DNA of 63,357 nucleotides, the filler included, from Octopus bimaculoides (lineage: Eukaryota), in NCBI RefSeq assembly GCF_001194135.2. It is 6 parts of 6 records of this genome, joined end to end, with 100 filler letters (N's around TTAATTAATTAA, not from the genome) between each part and the next. Parts side by side here need not be neighbours in the genome. Positions count along the whole stretch, not along the records: positions 24,106 to 35,737 come from NC_068987.1; positions 35,838 to 51,829 come from NC_068998.1; 4 more parts are not named here. One strand, 5' to 3'. Positions 25,440-38,370 of the stretch are shown here, piece after piece. Made by a program: the position numbers and the translations under genes. Under the pieces are notes generated by a model. The model was not told where the DNA came from and did no database searches. It saw only the letters and a program-made list of their open reading frames with translations. The first letter of the stretch is position 1. Each line of letters begins with the position of its first letter.

Positions 25440-25870
25440 GAGCTGTTGTTCCATTGATTTCTTGTTAGTTTTTTACTCCTGTCACCGCCTCGTATTACCA
25501 TTTCGATGAGTTTGATGCCTGACACTATCATGGTGACTTCTTCCGCATATGCAAACACTGATTTTCCACATACTTGTTCTTGCAGGATGCTCCCCAAAAC
25601 CTTGAACACCTGCAGTAGGGGCTCCAGAGTTAGTGATTACAGAAGGAGCAAGGGAGGGCATCCTTAACGTACTGAACTCATGATAGTGAGCAGCGGTTGT
25701 TTTCTGGGTATTTTCGTTCATGCTGTTGCTCAGCTGTGGCTAAGGCGGCACAAGTGAAGACCTGGTCTCCCCTGTGTTTTGGGGGTTTCTGTTCCCAACC
25801 AAAATACAGTGCGCCATTCTGTTTGGTTGGCGGATAATGTCTGGGATCTTTCCCACACATTTCAATTTGA
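25440..25870 (-). mobile_element. Tx1/L1-clade RT remnant
   Basis: SSVR*GCPPLLLL*SLTLEPLLQ...SVFAYAEEVTMIVS, a degenerate form of QGCPLS / LEPL / YADD. Confidence 0.7.
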
Positions 25871-26827
25871 AATGATTGCGGATTTTCATTGTGATCCCAG
25901 ACGAAAGCTCCTTTTATTCTCGTTTATTGTTGTGCAGATTGCGTAACACCGCACTCCAAAGTAAAGCAAACCAACCTAAGTACAATTTTATGTTACCGTG
26001 ACCAATACTTCTCCGTAATTACGATGGTCAGAGGGTGAATTCTAGCGTATGATAGCTATGGATTGTTTTTACGCGACGGCTGCACTTTTGCAGATGACCA
26101 CCGCACTCTCGAACTGCCTTGCCCAATAGATAATTCATATCTACTCATATTTCTTTGAGGGTTCTTTCCGCATGGACTTCTGCAACTGCTTGTAGTCATC
26201 GGGTTTTAGTATACTGACAGCAACAAACTATCTTTCAGGCAATTTCATTCAACATATCCGATGTGATGGCAAATGGTACTTTCTTCTTGCTCACCTTCGC
26301 AAAAGACTTTCTCATTTAGAGACAAGTAATGTGTTGGTTTCGCCCCGTTTGTACCAAAGGTTTGACTGTTCCTGAAGTTGCATCCAACATTTTGTCATTT
26401 TATCCATGGTGTTCCTGGTATTCTGTTTGTCGATGCTGGGGTTCTTTCAGGTGTTGCTGTTGTTGGTATTATTCTTCTTCTTCTTGTAGGTGTTGCTGTT
26501 GTTCATGCTGTTGATCTCATCGTCGTTACCATTGTTGTTATTCTTGTTGATATCGCTGATGTGCAAAATTCTTCTTGTGAACCTAGTGCTATGAGCTTTA
26601 CCGCCTTCCTCCGCATTGACAGGCAGCGATGCCGACGTCACAATTCCAATGAAACGAAAAAAAAAAAACCAAACAAAATCAGATAATTATTACAAACACT
26701 GCGCCCCCTCCCATGGCACAGGTTATGTAGTTCTCGTCTCACCATGAAGAAGTCTTCCTATGACAAAATTTTACTAAAGATTTACAAAAGTAGACAAACT
26801 AATCACAAACTTTAAATAACGAGAGTC

Positions 26828-27161
26828 GTTACGAAGTACTAAAGTTCGATATTTAAGAGATGAGGAATTATGTACCTTATTTACATTATTTACATTTGAC
26901 GGCTATTTGTCCTCATCGGGAATATAGCGCATTAGTTAAGAACGCGGGCTACTAACCCCAAGATTCTGAGTTCGATTCCAGGCAGTGACTTGAATAATAA
27001 TAACATCGAAAAATATCTTAGAAATGAGAACCCAGGTTAAAAATTTCCCCCAAGACACCTAATGAAGGTTGGAGGGTATATCAGCCGAAACGTTCTGTTA
27101 ACAACAAATAAGATGAGGACAAATATCCGTCAAATGTAAATAATGTAAAGTTACGAAGTAC
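26828..27161 (+). mobile_element. tRNA-headed SINE-like element with a hammerhead motif and an inverted 3'-tail copy
   Basis: TSD GTTACGAAGTAC at 26828-26839 and 27150-27161. Inverted tail at 26840-26917. tRNA-like head at 26918-26990 with B-box GAGTTCGATTCC. Hammerhead fold at 27054-27099. Confidence 0.85.
27054..27099 (+). ncRNA. Minimal type I hammerhead-like motif (decayed copy)
   Basis: GACAC CUAAUGA A GGUUG-loop-CAGCC GAAAC GUU CUGUU. The copies at 3690-3770 supply the consensus GAUGA, GGCUG and GUGUU. Confidence 0.65.
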
Positions 27162-27190
27162 GTCCCCAAACGATAAGAATAATAATTATT

Positions 27191-27540
27191 TCCTTTCTAC
27201 TCTAAGTACAAGGCCCGAAATTTTTAGGGAGGGCGCCCGTCGATTATATTGACTCCAGTACGCAACTGGTACTTAATTGATCGACCTTGAATTGATGAAA
27301 TACAAAGTCGACCTCGGTGGAATTTGAACCCAGTACGTAAAGACAGACGAAACACAGCGAAATGCTTAGCGATATTTCGTCTGTCTTGACGTTCTGAGTT
27401 CAAATTCTGCCGAGGTCGACTTTGCCTTTCATCCTTCCGAGGTTGATAAATTAAGTACCATACCAGTTGCGTACTGGGGTTGGTCTAATCGATTTGCCCC
27501 CTCCCTGAAAATTTCGGGCCTTGTGCTTAGAGTAGAAAAG
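27191..27540. mobile_element. Head-to-head inverted pair of 5'-truncated SINE B copies
   Basis: 27191-27350 is reverse-complementary to 27355-27540. Both ends are flanked by AATAATTATT. Confidence 0.8.
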
Positions 27541-27654
27541 AATAATTATTTCAAATTATGACACAAGAAAGTAAATTTAGATAGATTGATAGATAGATAG
27601 ATAGATAGATAAACAGATTGATAGATAGAAAGAGAGAGAGAGAGAGAGAAGTGG

Positions 27655-27826
27655 GGAGAAAGATTACCTCGACTACATTCCTTGAGTCGTACTTTTTTTT
27701 TATCGACTGCGATAGGCTGAAAGGAAAGAAGCTGGCTAAGGCCTTATTTGAACTCAGAACGTAAACAGACGGAAGAAATGCTGCAAACAATTCTGATGTG
27801 CCAACCATTCCGTCAGAACTCCGCCT
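27655..27826 (-). mobile_element. SINE family B, degenerate
   Basis: tttatcgac...gaaagg...tttgaactcagaacgtaaacagacgg...ccattccgtcagaactccgcctt. Confidence 0.6.
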
Positions 27827-28436
27827 TACTACTAGTAATACTACTAATACTACTGAAGATTATGTTAATGATGATAATGTAGTTATTAGTGGTGGTGGTG
27901 GTGGTGGTGATAATGACGATGATGAAAAAAGAAGATCGATACATTAAAACAAGATCGATAGAGCATCAGAATGAATACAAGAAGGAAAAAGAAAAGCCTA
28001 AGAAGAATCAACATGTCTGAAAAGAAATGAAGAATAACAACAACAACCTCCACCGCGTGCATACTTTATCTTCTATACCAACATTAAATCTCAGTTTGCA
28101 TTGCTATAATGTCCAACATCGGGTCATATATTTTCCTACGGTTAGTTTTAAATGTGAAATGAGAATTAGACGCTTTTCTTTCACAAACCATTTAGTGTAG
28201 GGCACAGGCGGTAGTTTTAAGAGCGAGAACTATGTGGAACCCAATATCGCATGACTTATTGTACAGTTCAGTTGATGTTAACAACATCATTATGCCAGCA
28301 GATGTCACTAATTATCAACAAGGTTGAGCAAATGGCGCATACAAATGTTATTGTTGAAAGGAAAGGATACGCGGTTTTAACGATTAATTGAAAGCAAATG
28401 CGTAGCGTTCCAACCACTTTTTGATATGTAAGCATG

Positions 28437-28478
<42 letters not shown>

Positions 28479-29998
28479 CACACTTACCTACATATACACT
28501 GCGTTTGCTACTATATAGACACAAATTACGTAAATGCATATGCTGTAAATTTTAAGGACTTGTGTGCCTGTATGTGCGTATATATTTGTGCCGGTTTGTG
28601 CGTTTATAGATATACGTAATGTATATGAGTATTTACGTTCATTTATCTGTTTAACATTTTTTAAATACATACATACAGCTAGAAAGATTGCAAATATATA
28701 TATATATATATATATATANNNNNNNNNNNNNNNNNNNNNNNNNNNNNNNNNNNNNNNNNNNNNNNNNNNNNNNNNNNNNNNNNNNNNNNNNNNNNNNNNN
28801 NNNNNNNNNNNNNNNNNNNNNNNNNNNNNNNNNNNNNNNNNNNNNNNNNNNNNNNNNNNNNNNNNNNNNNNNNNNNNNNNNNNNNNNNNNNNNNNNNNNN
28901 NNNNNNNNNNNNNNNNNNNNNNNNNNNNNNNNNNNNNNNNNNNNNNNNNNNNNNNNNNNNNNNNNNNNNNNNNNNNNNNNNNNNNNNNNNNNNNNNNNNN
29001 NNNNNNNNNNNNNNNNNNNNNNNNNNNNNNNNNNNNNNNNNNNNNNNNNNNNNNNNNNNNNNNNNNNNNNNNNNNNNNNNNNNNNNNNNNNNNNNNNNNN
29101 NNNNNNNNNNNNNNNNNNNNNNNNNNNNNNNNNNNNNNNNNNNNNNNNNNNNNNNNNNNNNNNNNNNNNNNNNNNNNNNNNNNNNNNTATATATATATAT
29201 ATATATATATATACATACATATATAGACATTCACGCATATACATGTAAATGCACACACACACATCCTATGCATATGTACGTATGAAGTTATGTATCTATG
29301 TAGGTATAAACGACGTGGGTGATAGATAACGAGGAAGCTCTGTGAACGCTTGATATAGATTTGTGGTTAGTAATTTATTTCACTGTGTTTACTCTGTGTG
29401 TATATATACTGTATAAGCAGTGATTTACACAAACGGCTTGATTGCTCGCTTATTTTTTTCTTCATATGTTCCATAGAATTTCAATAGATCAACCTTGCGA
29501 AGAATTTAATAGAAAACACTAATATCGAGTTTCTTCATCATGTAGTCATCATCAACATCATCATGAACAACAATTCCGAATGCAAAAACAACGATAACAA
29601 ACGCAGTTTATGGAGGAAAGAATTTTAATGGCCGTTCCTCACCAGGAAAGGCAACACGTAGCTATCTATGCTGCCATTCCAGAATCAATGGCAACAAGTT
29701 TAGCTAATGAAAAAATAAGTACAAGAATAGTAATAACGATATCCATTAAATAACAGCAGCAGCAACAACAACAACAACAGTTACAACTGCATACAAATTG
29801 TTATTTCTACGACAAGTAAATTAACAGCAGTCATTACAACAACAAAAACCGTTACAACAACAACAACATCAATCGCTGTAACAACATTTGTTACTTAGAA
29901 CGAAAGTATTGCTAAGGTCATTACAATAACAAAAGTCCATTGCAACAACCACAGCAACAGTAATAACATCACTGAAACGAAATTGCGAGTCCGGCCAA

Positions 29999-30054
<56 letters not shown>

Positions 30055-33000
30055 NNNNNNNNNNNNNNNNNNNNNNNNNNNNNNNNNNNNNNNNNNNNNN
30101 NNNNNNNNNNNNNNNNNNNNNNNNNNNNNNNNNNNNNNNNNNNNNNNNNNNNNNNNNNNNNNNNNNNNNNNNNNNNNNNNNNNNNNNNNNNNNNNNNNNN
30201 NNNNNNNNNNNNNNNNNNNNNNNNNNNNNNNNNNNNNNNNNNNNNNNNNNNNNNNNNNNNNNNNNNNNNNNNNNNNNNNNNNNNNNNNNNNNNNNNNNNN
30301 NNNNNNNNNNNNNNNNNNNNNNNNNNNNNNNNNNNNNNNNNNNNNNNNNNNNNNNNNNNNNNNNNNNNNNNNNNNNNGTACCTCTTCAACAAAGTAACAC
30401 AATTAATCCCCGATAACAGAACATGTCACCCCCCCGCCACTACCACCACTATAGCTGTCTCTACCATCACAACCACTACAGCCATTGCAATCGTAACCAC
30501 CACCGCCACTACCGCCACCACCATATACTTGTTAACTATCGCGTCACCCCTCCAAATCACTCCACATCACACTGCTAGTAACATATGCAACATCCATCCA
30601 CTACTCTCATGTTACCATCCCATCCACATAGTTCAACAAAGTAGCCTCTTTGTGGTCAATTCTCCTGTTAGAAACAGTAGCTAAATATTGCTTAAATCAT
30701 ATCCTTCTGTCTTAAAAACAATAATACACTGGATAATAAGATCATAAATTACCTGTATATAACAAAATTTCCAAATGTCTTTGGCCCGAATAATCTTTGA
30801 ACATAATTGTGATCGTTAAGGGCTGGCCTAGGACAAAATAATAGCAGTAAGAACCCTCTTTATAGCCAACAGCAATGTAACAGGAAAGGATCCAAGTAAA
30901 AGGTGTCTATGTATTAAGCACATATATGATATAATCACGTATAATCACGCATATTCACGTGTAATCACGTATAATGAGACATTATACCAATCTCCAATGG
31001 TATAAAAGACTTTTAAAATAAAATAAAAGAAACCTGTGCAATTCATGGGAAAAAACTCCAATGATAACCGCCATTCAATATGTTTTGAAAACAAAAGCTC
31101 AATTATAAAAGATTAAACCTTGTTTTTAAGGGCAAGGGTTGAAAACAACCGGCATGTTTCGGTATTTTTAGATCTCGTCAGCACATCATATTCAACTCAG
31201 TCGCCCAGATGTTGATGCGATCAGTATATATAGAAGTAGATGATGCTGATAATCAATATCAACAATACAACCGAAGAAAATTACTTCAGTTGAACATTCT
31301 GTGTAATATGTATTCATAATAAATATTCCTAATAATCTTGCTCACATACAATATGTTGCAACACTTATAACTCGCTAATCAATCTTGCTCGTAATTAAAC
31401 ATACGGGCGAATATGAGATAAACTACAGGAAGTTCAACACTAAGAAAATGACACATTAATGTACCGTTGGTGGTGCTTCTACGAGCTTACTTGTTTGTTC
31501 AAGTAGAAATAGCAAACACAACTCCAACGAAATTAACGAAATTAACCTGAAGTATGTAGAAATTAAACAATTTGGCCCTGTAACCATTTAGAAATACTTG
31601 ATGGATAGGATGGTCTCTATTTTGTAATATTTCTGGAAGATGAATGATGCTCAGGAGCTGAGGATAACAGTAATACCACATGTCTAGGAGAGATAAGGGG
31701 AGTCTTGACGTAATCACTAAGTCTGCAAGAAATAGCAGTAAACTCTATCTAGAAATATATTATACTGGCTAAAAAGACTCTGGGTATTGCAACTTGATAT
31801 GCATTCTGGCTGAAAAGTGGGGGGAAAAATGAAATGGCTATTGTTTGTATGATTTCCTTCGTATGTCTGATAGATCAGGGCAGAACGAGAGCATTGACAA
31901 TTTTGTTTATTAACAGTAAAAAGCAGATTCATGTTGTCGATAGATCTAGTAATAATAGTGAACGAAAGCCTCGTTTAACATATGCCATATTGTTTTTAAA
32001 AATGAACAAGCACGTTTAGTAATGTAACTCTAACATGTTATGGTCCTAACAAAGTTTCCTTTTTTTATGCCTGGAAAGTCTTTGCGAATGTTTTCTCAAA
32101 GAGTTTACCTGAAGTTAAGCAATATAGATAGACTCGTATGATTACAAGGGCAATTATCAGCAGTATTAGAACAACAATCACAATGATATGATTAAAAAAG
32201 CCTTCATTCACAATGAAAGTGGATGTTCAACCTGGCATTGTCACACTTTGAGCCAATATCTTCTATCAAAGCTTCAAGTCGACGCAGGATGTGAGTGAAA
32301 TTGCGTATATAGACACTGATTGAAAGCCAGTCGTCTGCGCTGTTATTAAATTACAGGCCTTACATTGTGTCACTCTATCTTGCTGATTCTGCCTCGGTAT
32401 TAACCAAATATATTTTTGTGGAATACCCAGGCACCTATTTCACAATTTTACGAGGAACACGTTCTGAATATCTCGAATATTTTGCAATGAAATCCATTGG
32501 TGATCCGTTAGAGATTATTAAGCTAGAATGTTTATCAATATATCATCAGTTTCAATTGGAACAGAATGATTTAACTCAGATCACAGAATACGTGACAAAG
32601 ATGTACTGGGTTAACGAACGCTGAAATTGCAAAGGCCAAATTCCTCACGCTATAGTGTTGTCATTTGGTTTTGAAACACAAAATATGTTAAGAGGGAGAA
32701 TAATTATGCTAAAATACAAATTTCAGATTTATGACATACGGCTTTATTCATCTCTTGTTAAACATGGAAAATATTCCACTGTAAAGTCATCATTTATCAA
32801 CAAATATTATAACAGCTGAGCTCTCAATTAATTTTAGTTTAGCTATCACCAAGAGCAGAGGAAACCTTATTAAATCGCAAAGGTGTTAAGAGGAAATTTA
32901 GCAGCAAACACTGTTTATATGAATCTCATAATTTGCATCAACTTACTGGGAAATTTCACTTTAGCTTAAAATTTAGAAGGTTCAGCAGAGAAAAAGATAA

Positions 33001-33945
33001 ATTTGTGAGATATATTGCTTCCAACATAATCCAGGTGTCAAATTTCAAGTCAAGGTGTTCAAATTATGAAACAAATCAAGACTTGAGTGTCTTCCCTTTG
33101 AAAATAAATATTTTTCTGACAAATTCTTGAGTATCCTTGGAGAAATGTAGTATACAGTAGAGTGACTACAATAAACTTCGGATGGTTCGCTTTTTTTTGT
33201 ATGAATGACCCGAAGACACAATACAATGAGATTTAAGTTAACAAGTTTGTATTCAGTTTAAACTTCACCACACACAACAATTTTGATATTCGCCAGAGTA
33301 ATAATTTCCATTTTTTTTTTCATGCAGAAAGAAGCCAACCAATGACAGTTGATATATAATTTGACTCTCTCGTATTGAAATATTTTGAAGCAGCTTCAGA
33401 ATAACAAAATATTTTACTCTATATTTATTTTAATTGGGTAGGTACAAACAGTGACACTGCAGATCTACCATTTCCTACATAGCTGTATGTAGATAGACAA
33501 TAGAAAATAGTAACAACATTAAAGAGCGACATTTCGATACCTGTGGCCGTGTATGTATGTGTGTGTGTGTGTGGTGAGAACACTATTTTGGATTTTAAAA
33601 AAGTTAAATTTTTACCGAGATATCAACAAAGAATCGCAGACAAGTCACGTATTACAAAAATCCAACAACATAGATTTGAGCAGTGGCTGGTCTGAATAAT
33701 TCAGCAAAACATTCTCTATACAAATACGAGGCTGAATCATTTTTCAAATCGGAAGAATAAGTAATATGAATTCTTCAATCTTGACATATATCCTGTATTG
33801 AGTTCTTTAGTTGTATTGTGGATACTGAATTCATATTCTCGTAACTCGAGTTTCATTAGAATGCATCTTATGATGAATACAGAAAATCATAATTGAAGAA
33901 ATGAGAGATGTGAGTTGTGACAAAGAGGGAGAGAGAGAGAGAGAT

Positions 33946-33983
<38 letters not shown>

Positions 33984-34022
33984 AAAGAAAGAAAGAGAGA
34001 GAGAGAGAAGAGAAAGAAAGAA

Positions 34023-34087
<65 letters not shown>

Positions 34088-35682
34088 CTTTGTCTTTTGG
34101 ATATATAATGTAGACTATAACTCTCGAATGCATAAACAATCAGACACGTATGAACGTGTATATTCTTATGTGTGTATATATACAGAAATGTGTATATATA
34201 TATATACATACATACATGTATCTCTCTATCTCTCTTTCTCTGTATGTATACACATAAGTGTTTGTATGTTCAAGTTTCAGTGTGTTTACGAGAACATTAT
34301 TCTTATATGTAAATTCTTCTTGTTCGATGTTGAAATCTCATAAAACAAAATCGTATTTCGAAAGTGCAACCATTTCAAAGTCACTATTAAATGTAAGAAA
34401 CTAAACAAAACCACAAGAACAGAACAAAGAAAAATTATTTACATTTAAATTATAAAACGTGTGACGAAATGTCACGACCAACCAGTTATTGTTAAACATT
34501 TTACGATTTTTTAAAAAGCTCTTTATGGCTCTCTTATTTACATATTTATGTTTTGTAATTTAGATTGAAAATACATTGATGCATACTAATTATTCAGGCC
34601 TTCAACATTGTTTTATTTTAATGTCTCCGTTGTCTTTATATTACATCAATTCCTAGCGCTTTTCTTTGTTCCTTTCGCCTCTACGTAAGTAAAACAAATG
34701 ACACCAATACATACATCCATTTATCTAAAATTCCATTCCATTCTTGACTCAACGAGGTCTTAAGGGTATTGAAAATAATGATTTCAGTTGTATATTTTGT
34801 TTAAATGGACATTCCTAAACATATATTCAACGTCAGGTTTTTATGATATCGTAAGTAAATAAGTTTGTCTTCATGTATATATATATNNNNNNNNNNNNNN
34901 NNNNNNNNNNNNNNNNNNNNNNNNNNNNNNNNNNNNNNNNNNNNNNNNNNNNNNNNNNNNNNNNNNNNNNNNNNNNNNNNNNNNNNNNNNNNNNNNNNNN
35001 NNNNNNNNNNNNNNNNNNNNNNNNNNNNNNNNNNNNNNNNNNNNNNNNNNNNNNNNNNNNNNNNNNNNNNNNNNNNNNNNNNTGTGTGTGTGTGTGTGTG
35101 TATAGGTATGTATTTAAGTGTGTATGTATGCAAATACATATAAGTACGTGAGTTTGTGCACGTGCTCATGCAGCGAAAGAAGGTCTTTATATTTTTTGAG
35201 ATATTTTAATGGATTCTTTGGAAAAAAAAAATTATGTAGTGTCTTGGATTATCATGATCTACGTTAATGACGAGAATACACAAACACAAAATAAAAAAGA
35301 GATATAAATTACACTACATTCATTCACACACCCAGTAATCGTTTAATATGCGTTAAGGGTTAAATGTTGAGTTTTATATGAAACCATGTCTTCATAGATC
35401 ATACTGTTCTATTTGTCTAAATTCACGTTTGATATTTTTTTTATTTCATGTTATGCAAAATAACCCATGTTATGCAAAATAACCCACTATTTCCCAGTAT
35501 TTCTCACGTTTGACATTCAGTCAAGTCCTTAACACGAGAAAAGAAAAGAGGAAGCTGCGATCTTTATCTCGCTAAGGTAATTCTAAAGAATCGGCACAAA
35601 ACCAGAACTAGAAAATGTTGAGGTTTCGACTCACTCAGCGGTTATTGAGAATAAAACAGCTTTCAAATATTTCCAGAAACAT

Positions 35683-35737
<55 letters not shown>

Positions 35738-35836
35738 NNNNNNNNNNNNNNNNNNNNNNNNNNNNNNNNNNNNNNNNNNNNTTAATTAATTAANNNNNNN
35801 NNNNNNNNNNNNNNNNNNNNNNNNNNNNNNNNNNNN

Positions 35837-36912
35837 NTATGGGGAGAATTCACAGGTGGCGTAGACAACAAACAGATGTATTAGTTTAACGCTCGGGAAG
35901 TGAAAAAAGTCTTTAACGTTTCGAGCCTACGCTCTTCCACAGAAAGGAACACAGAAAGAAACAAGGAGAGAAAGGCAAGAATGTCTAGTGGCTAGTGATC
36001 TATCATGGCTAATGCCGGACATAGGGGTCACACAGGAGAGCTAGGAAGAAGGGAAGATAATAAAGTAGTGGTGATCTCAAAACGAAGGTGCGCGTGCGTG
36101 TGTATAAGAGAGTAAGTATGTGCGTGTGGAAGAGGGCTGGTGACCTTGACGTGTGCGTGTGTGTAAGTGTAGGTGTGCGGATATGGGGCTGGGAAGTGAT
36201 CAGTGCTAGTGTGTGCGTGGTGATGTTGTGTGGTATGGTGGTGTATGGTGTAGTGGTGTGTGATGGTGTTGTGAGGTGGGGAGGCGAGAGTGGGGAAAGC
36301 AAGGGTGGAGTGTGGGTTAGGCTTAGGGTGGGGGTAGAGGTTGGGTATGTGGGTAGGCTGAGGTTGAGGGTAGGAGTGAGTATGTGGGAGTGGGTGTAAG
36401 GGACGGGGTGGGTAGGATGGGATCGATAGGGAAGGTGGAGTTGGATTGTGTAGGGTGGGGTTGAGTTACGAGGGAGGGGTGACGATGAAGGGAGAGGAGA
36501 GAAGGTGGGTAGGAGTGAAGAAAAGATGGAAGGTGAGTAGGAGTGAAGAGAAGTAGGAGTCGGAGCAAGAGAGGAGAGGTGGGTGGGTGGGAGGAAGTAG
36601 GTGTGAGGAGGAGGAGAGGGGAGGTGGTTAGATGAAGAGGAGAGGAGAGTTGAGCCCATGTGGCGCAAAGGAGCGAAGAGAGAAGATTAATCCCTGTTCA
36701 CGGCGCAAACGGGAGTCAGGATGGCTCCTGTGCAAGGACAATCCGAACATATACAGGTGTTGCAAAGAGTGACTGGTAGAGCGGAAATGGCGCGAGACCG
36801 GGGTGTCATTGCCAAATCGGATGTCTCGGAGGTGTTCCGCGAACCGGTCAGCCGAGCGGCGTCCCGTTTGTCCGATGTATGCAAATATAAATTGACCTAT
36901 ATACATATACAT
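35837..36912 (-). mobile_element. Penelope-like element 3' end: GIY-YIG endonuclease C-terminus, low-complexity 3' UTR and pLTR
   Basis: 36628-36885 encodes YIGQTGRRSADRFAEHLRDIR..DTPVSRHF...LIFSLRSFAPHGLN, with the YIG, EH, HF and terminal PxGLN motifs of PLEs. A hammerhead-like fold lies downstream at 35911-35946. Confidence 0.85.
35911..35946 (-). ncRNA. Minimal hammerhead-like motif in the Penelope pLTR (variant core CUGUGGA)
   Basis: CUUU CUGUGGA A GAGC-guag-GCUC GAAAC GUU AAAG. Helices I and II pair perfectly; helix III is reduced to the palindrome ACGU. Confidence 0.6.
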
Positions 36913-37431
36913 GTGTGCTTGTGTGTATGTTTTGCGCGCGTATGAGTATGTGCGCGCGTGCGCATGTGTTCGGGCATCTTTGTATGTGTACTTCGTGTCT
37001 GACTAGTAACCTGACGTGTAGTCTATATTGAACTGAAGCAATTTCATTGTTGAAAGATCATTTAGCAATTTCACAACACGGAAAAGGTGTTGTATACATT
37101 TATTTTATTTACCTCTTGTGTTCAACCATGAAATATCAAAAACTTTTGGCGTATTTTACCTTGTCAATGAAATATTTCCACTGTATCTCATGCATGCAGT
37201 AGAATCAGTGGCTATGTTACAGAAAAGCATCGAACCTTTCTGACATTTCATAATAGAAAAAGCGAGACATGTATATAACATTATTGTATTTTCTTAAATA
37301 GCTAAAATGGCTTGTCTATGATATAATTTGACTCACACGCTATCTCCTTTTCTCCCTCCCTCTTTCTCTCTTTCTCTCCTCCCTCTCTCGCTTATATCTC
37401 TTTCTCTTTCCTTCTCCTCTCTCTCTCTCTT

Positions 37432-37485
<54 letters not shown>

Positions 37486-38049
37486 ACATACGTTATACAG
37501 GTTGCCTATCGACAATTAATTTGGCAATCACCAATCCGGTTCCATCATCATTCTGACATCAGTTCTCCCTGGCGTTGTTTCAACCTGCTGCAAATTTTTG
37601 GTGGCATTGTTAACTGCATAAAAATATTTTTGGCTTTACTTACAAACACAGACAAGGAATTCCAACATGTTTTTGTTTTCCATTTATCATTATAATCAGA
37701 TCACTTTTATACCCAACCCTGTTTCCAATGAATAAAGAAAATGTTTCCTATCTTGTAACGCGCAAAACCGGACACAGACCATTAAAGGAAAAGTTGAAAC
37801 TTTGGAAAACTTTACAGCATTGTGTTTGTAAAACGTTTGTACAAGTTACACAACTTTGGCTCTTCCACACTTTATGATATAAAAAATATGTTGCGCTTGT
37901 GCAACAAGAACACACAGCACCTGCCAACAACAACAAAACAAATTTAGTGCTGAAAAACGAAGAGAACAATATCTTACGTGTCAGCGGTGAGCTTCATGAA
38001 GCACTCTCTTTCCTATAACCTTCCATACAGCCCCAAAACAGTCGAACGT

Positions 38050-38370
38050 CAAAAAAGACCTGGATGTGAAACGCTCAGCATGCCAAAACAAGATTATGCA
38101 TGGGTATGTTTCTCGAAGACTTGAAGAGAATAGTAATATTGGACTCGTGGCCGCGACATCACATCACATTTCGAAGGCTATGCATTTGCAATCCAAGAAC
38201 AGGAGATTGCTACGAAATATCTAATAGTTTCAAGATTAAGTCATATTTCCATAGAAGACACCACACATATGGTTAGCAGCTGCCCAAGAATGTTGTCAAG
38301 GCTCTACTTCCCTATGCGACATGACGTCGCAAAATCAACATACAATGCCATTCGAAATAAAAAAAAGACT
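38050..38370 (+). mobile_element. R4/Dong-clade ORF remnant
   Basis: ITSHFEGYAFAIQEQEIATKYL...IEDTTHMVSSCPRMLSRLYFPMRHDVAK. Confidence 0.7.

Noticed and set aside
26918-26990. tRNA gene
   Set aside because: No complete cloverleaf or acceptor stem; it is the head of a SINE-like repeat. The same applies to 40676 and 59086.
31149-31185. Minus-strand CUGACGA...GAAACAUG hammerhead-like core
   Set aside because: The core is canonical, but helix II is mostly mismatched, helix I does not pair and no NUH site is present; at best a decayed copy.
31547-31722. Minus-strand open frame LVITSRLPLSLLDMWYYCYPQ... after ttcttgcAG
   Set aside because: A plausible acceptor, but the donor is ambiguous and the phase cannot be linked to supported exons.
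32357-32624. Plus-strand 89-codon open frame after a possible acceptor
   Set aside because: No recognisable motif and weak splice signals; ORFs of this length are expected by chance in this much AT-rich sequence.
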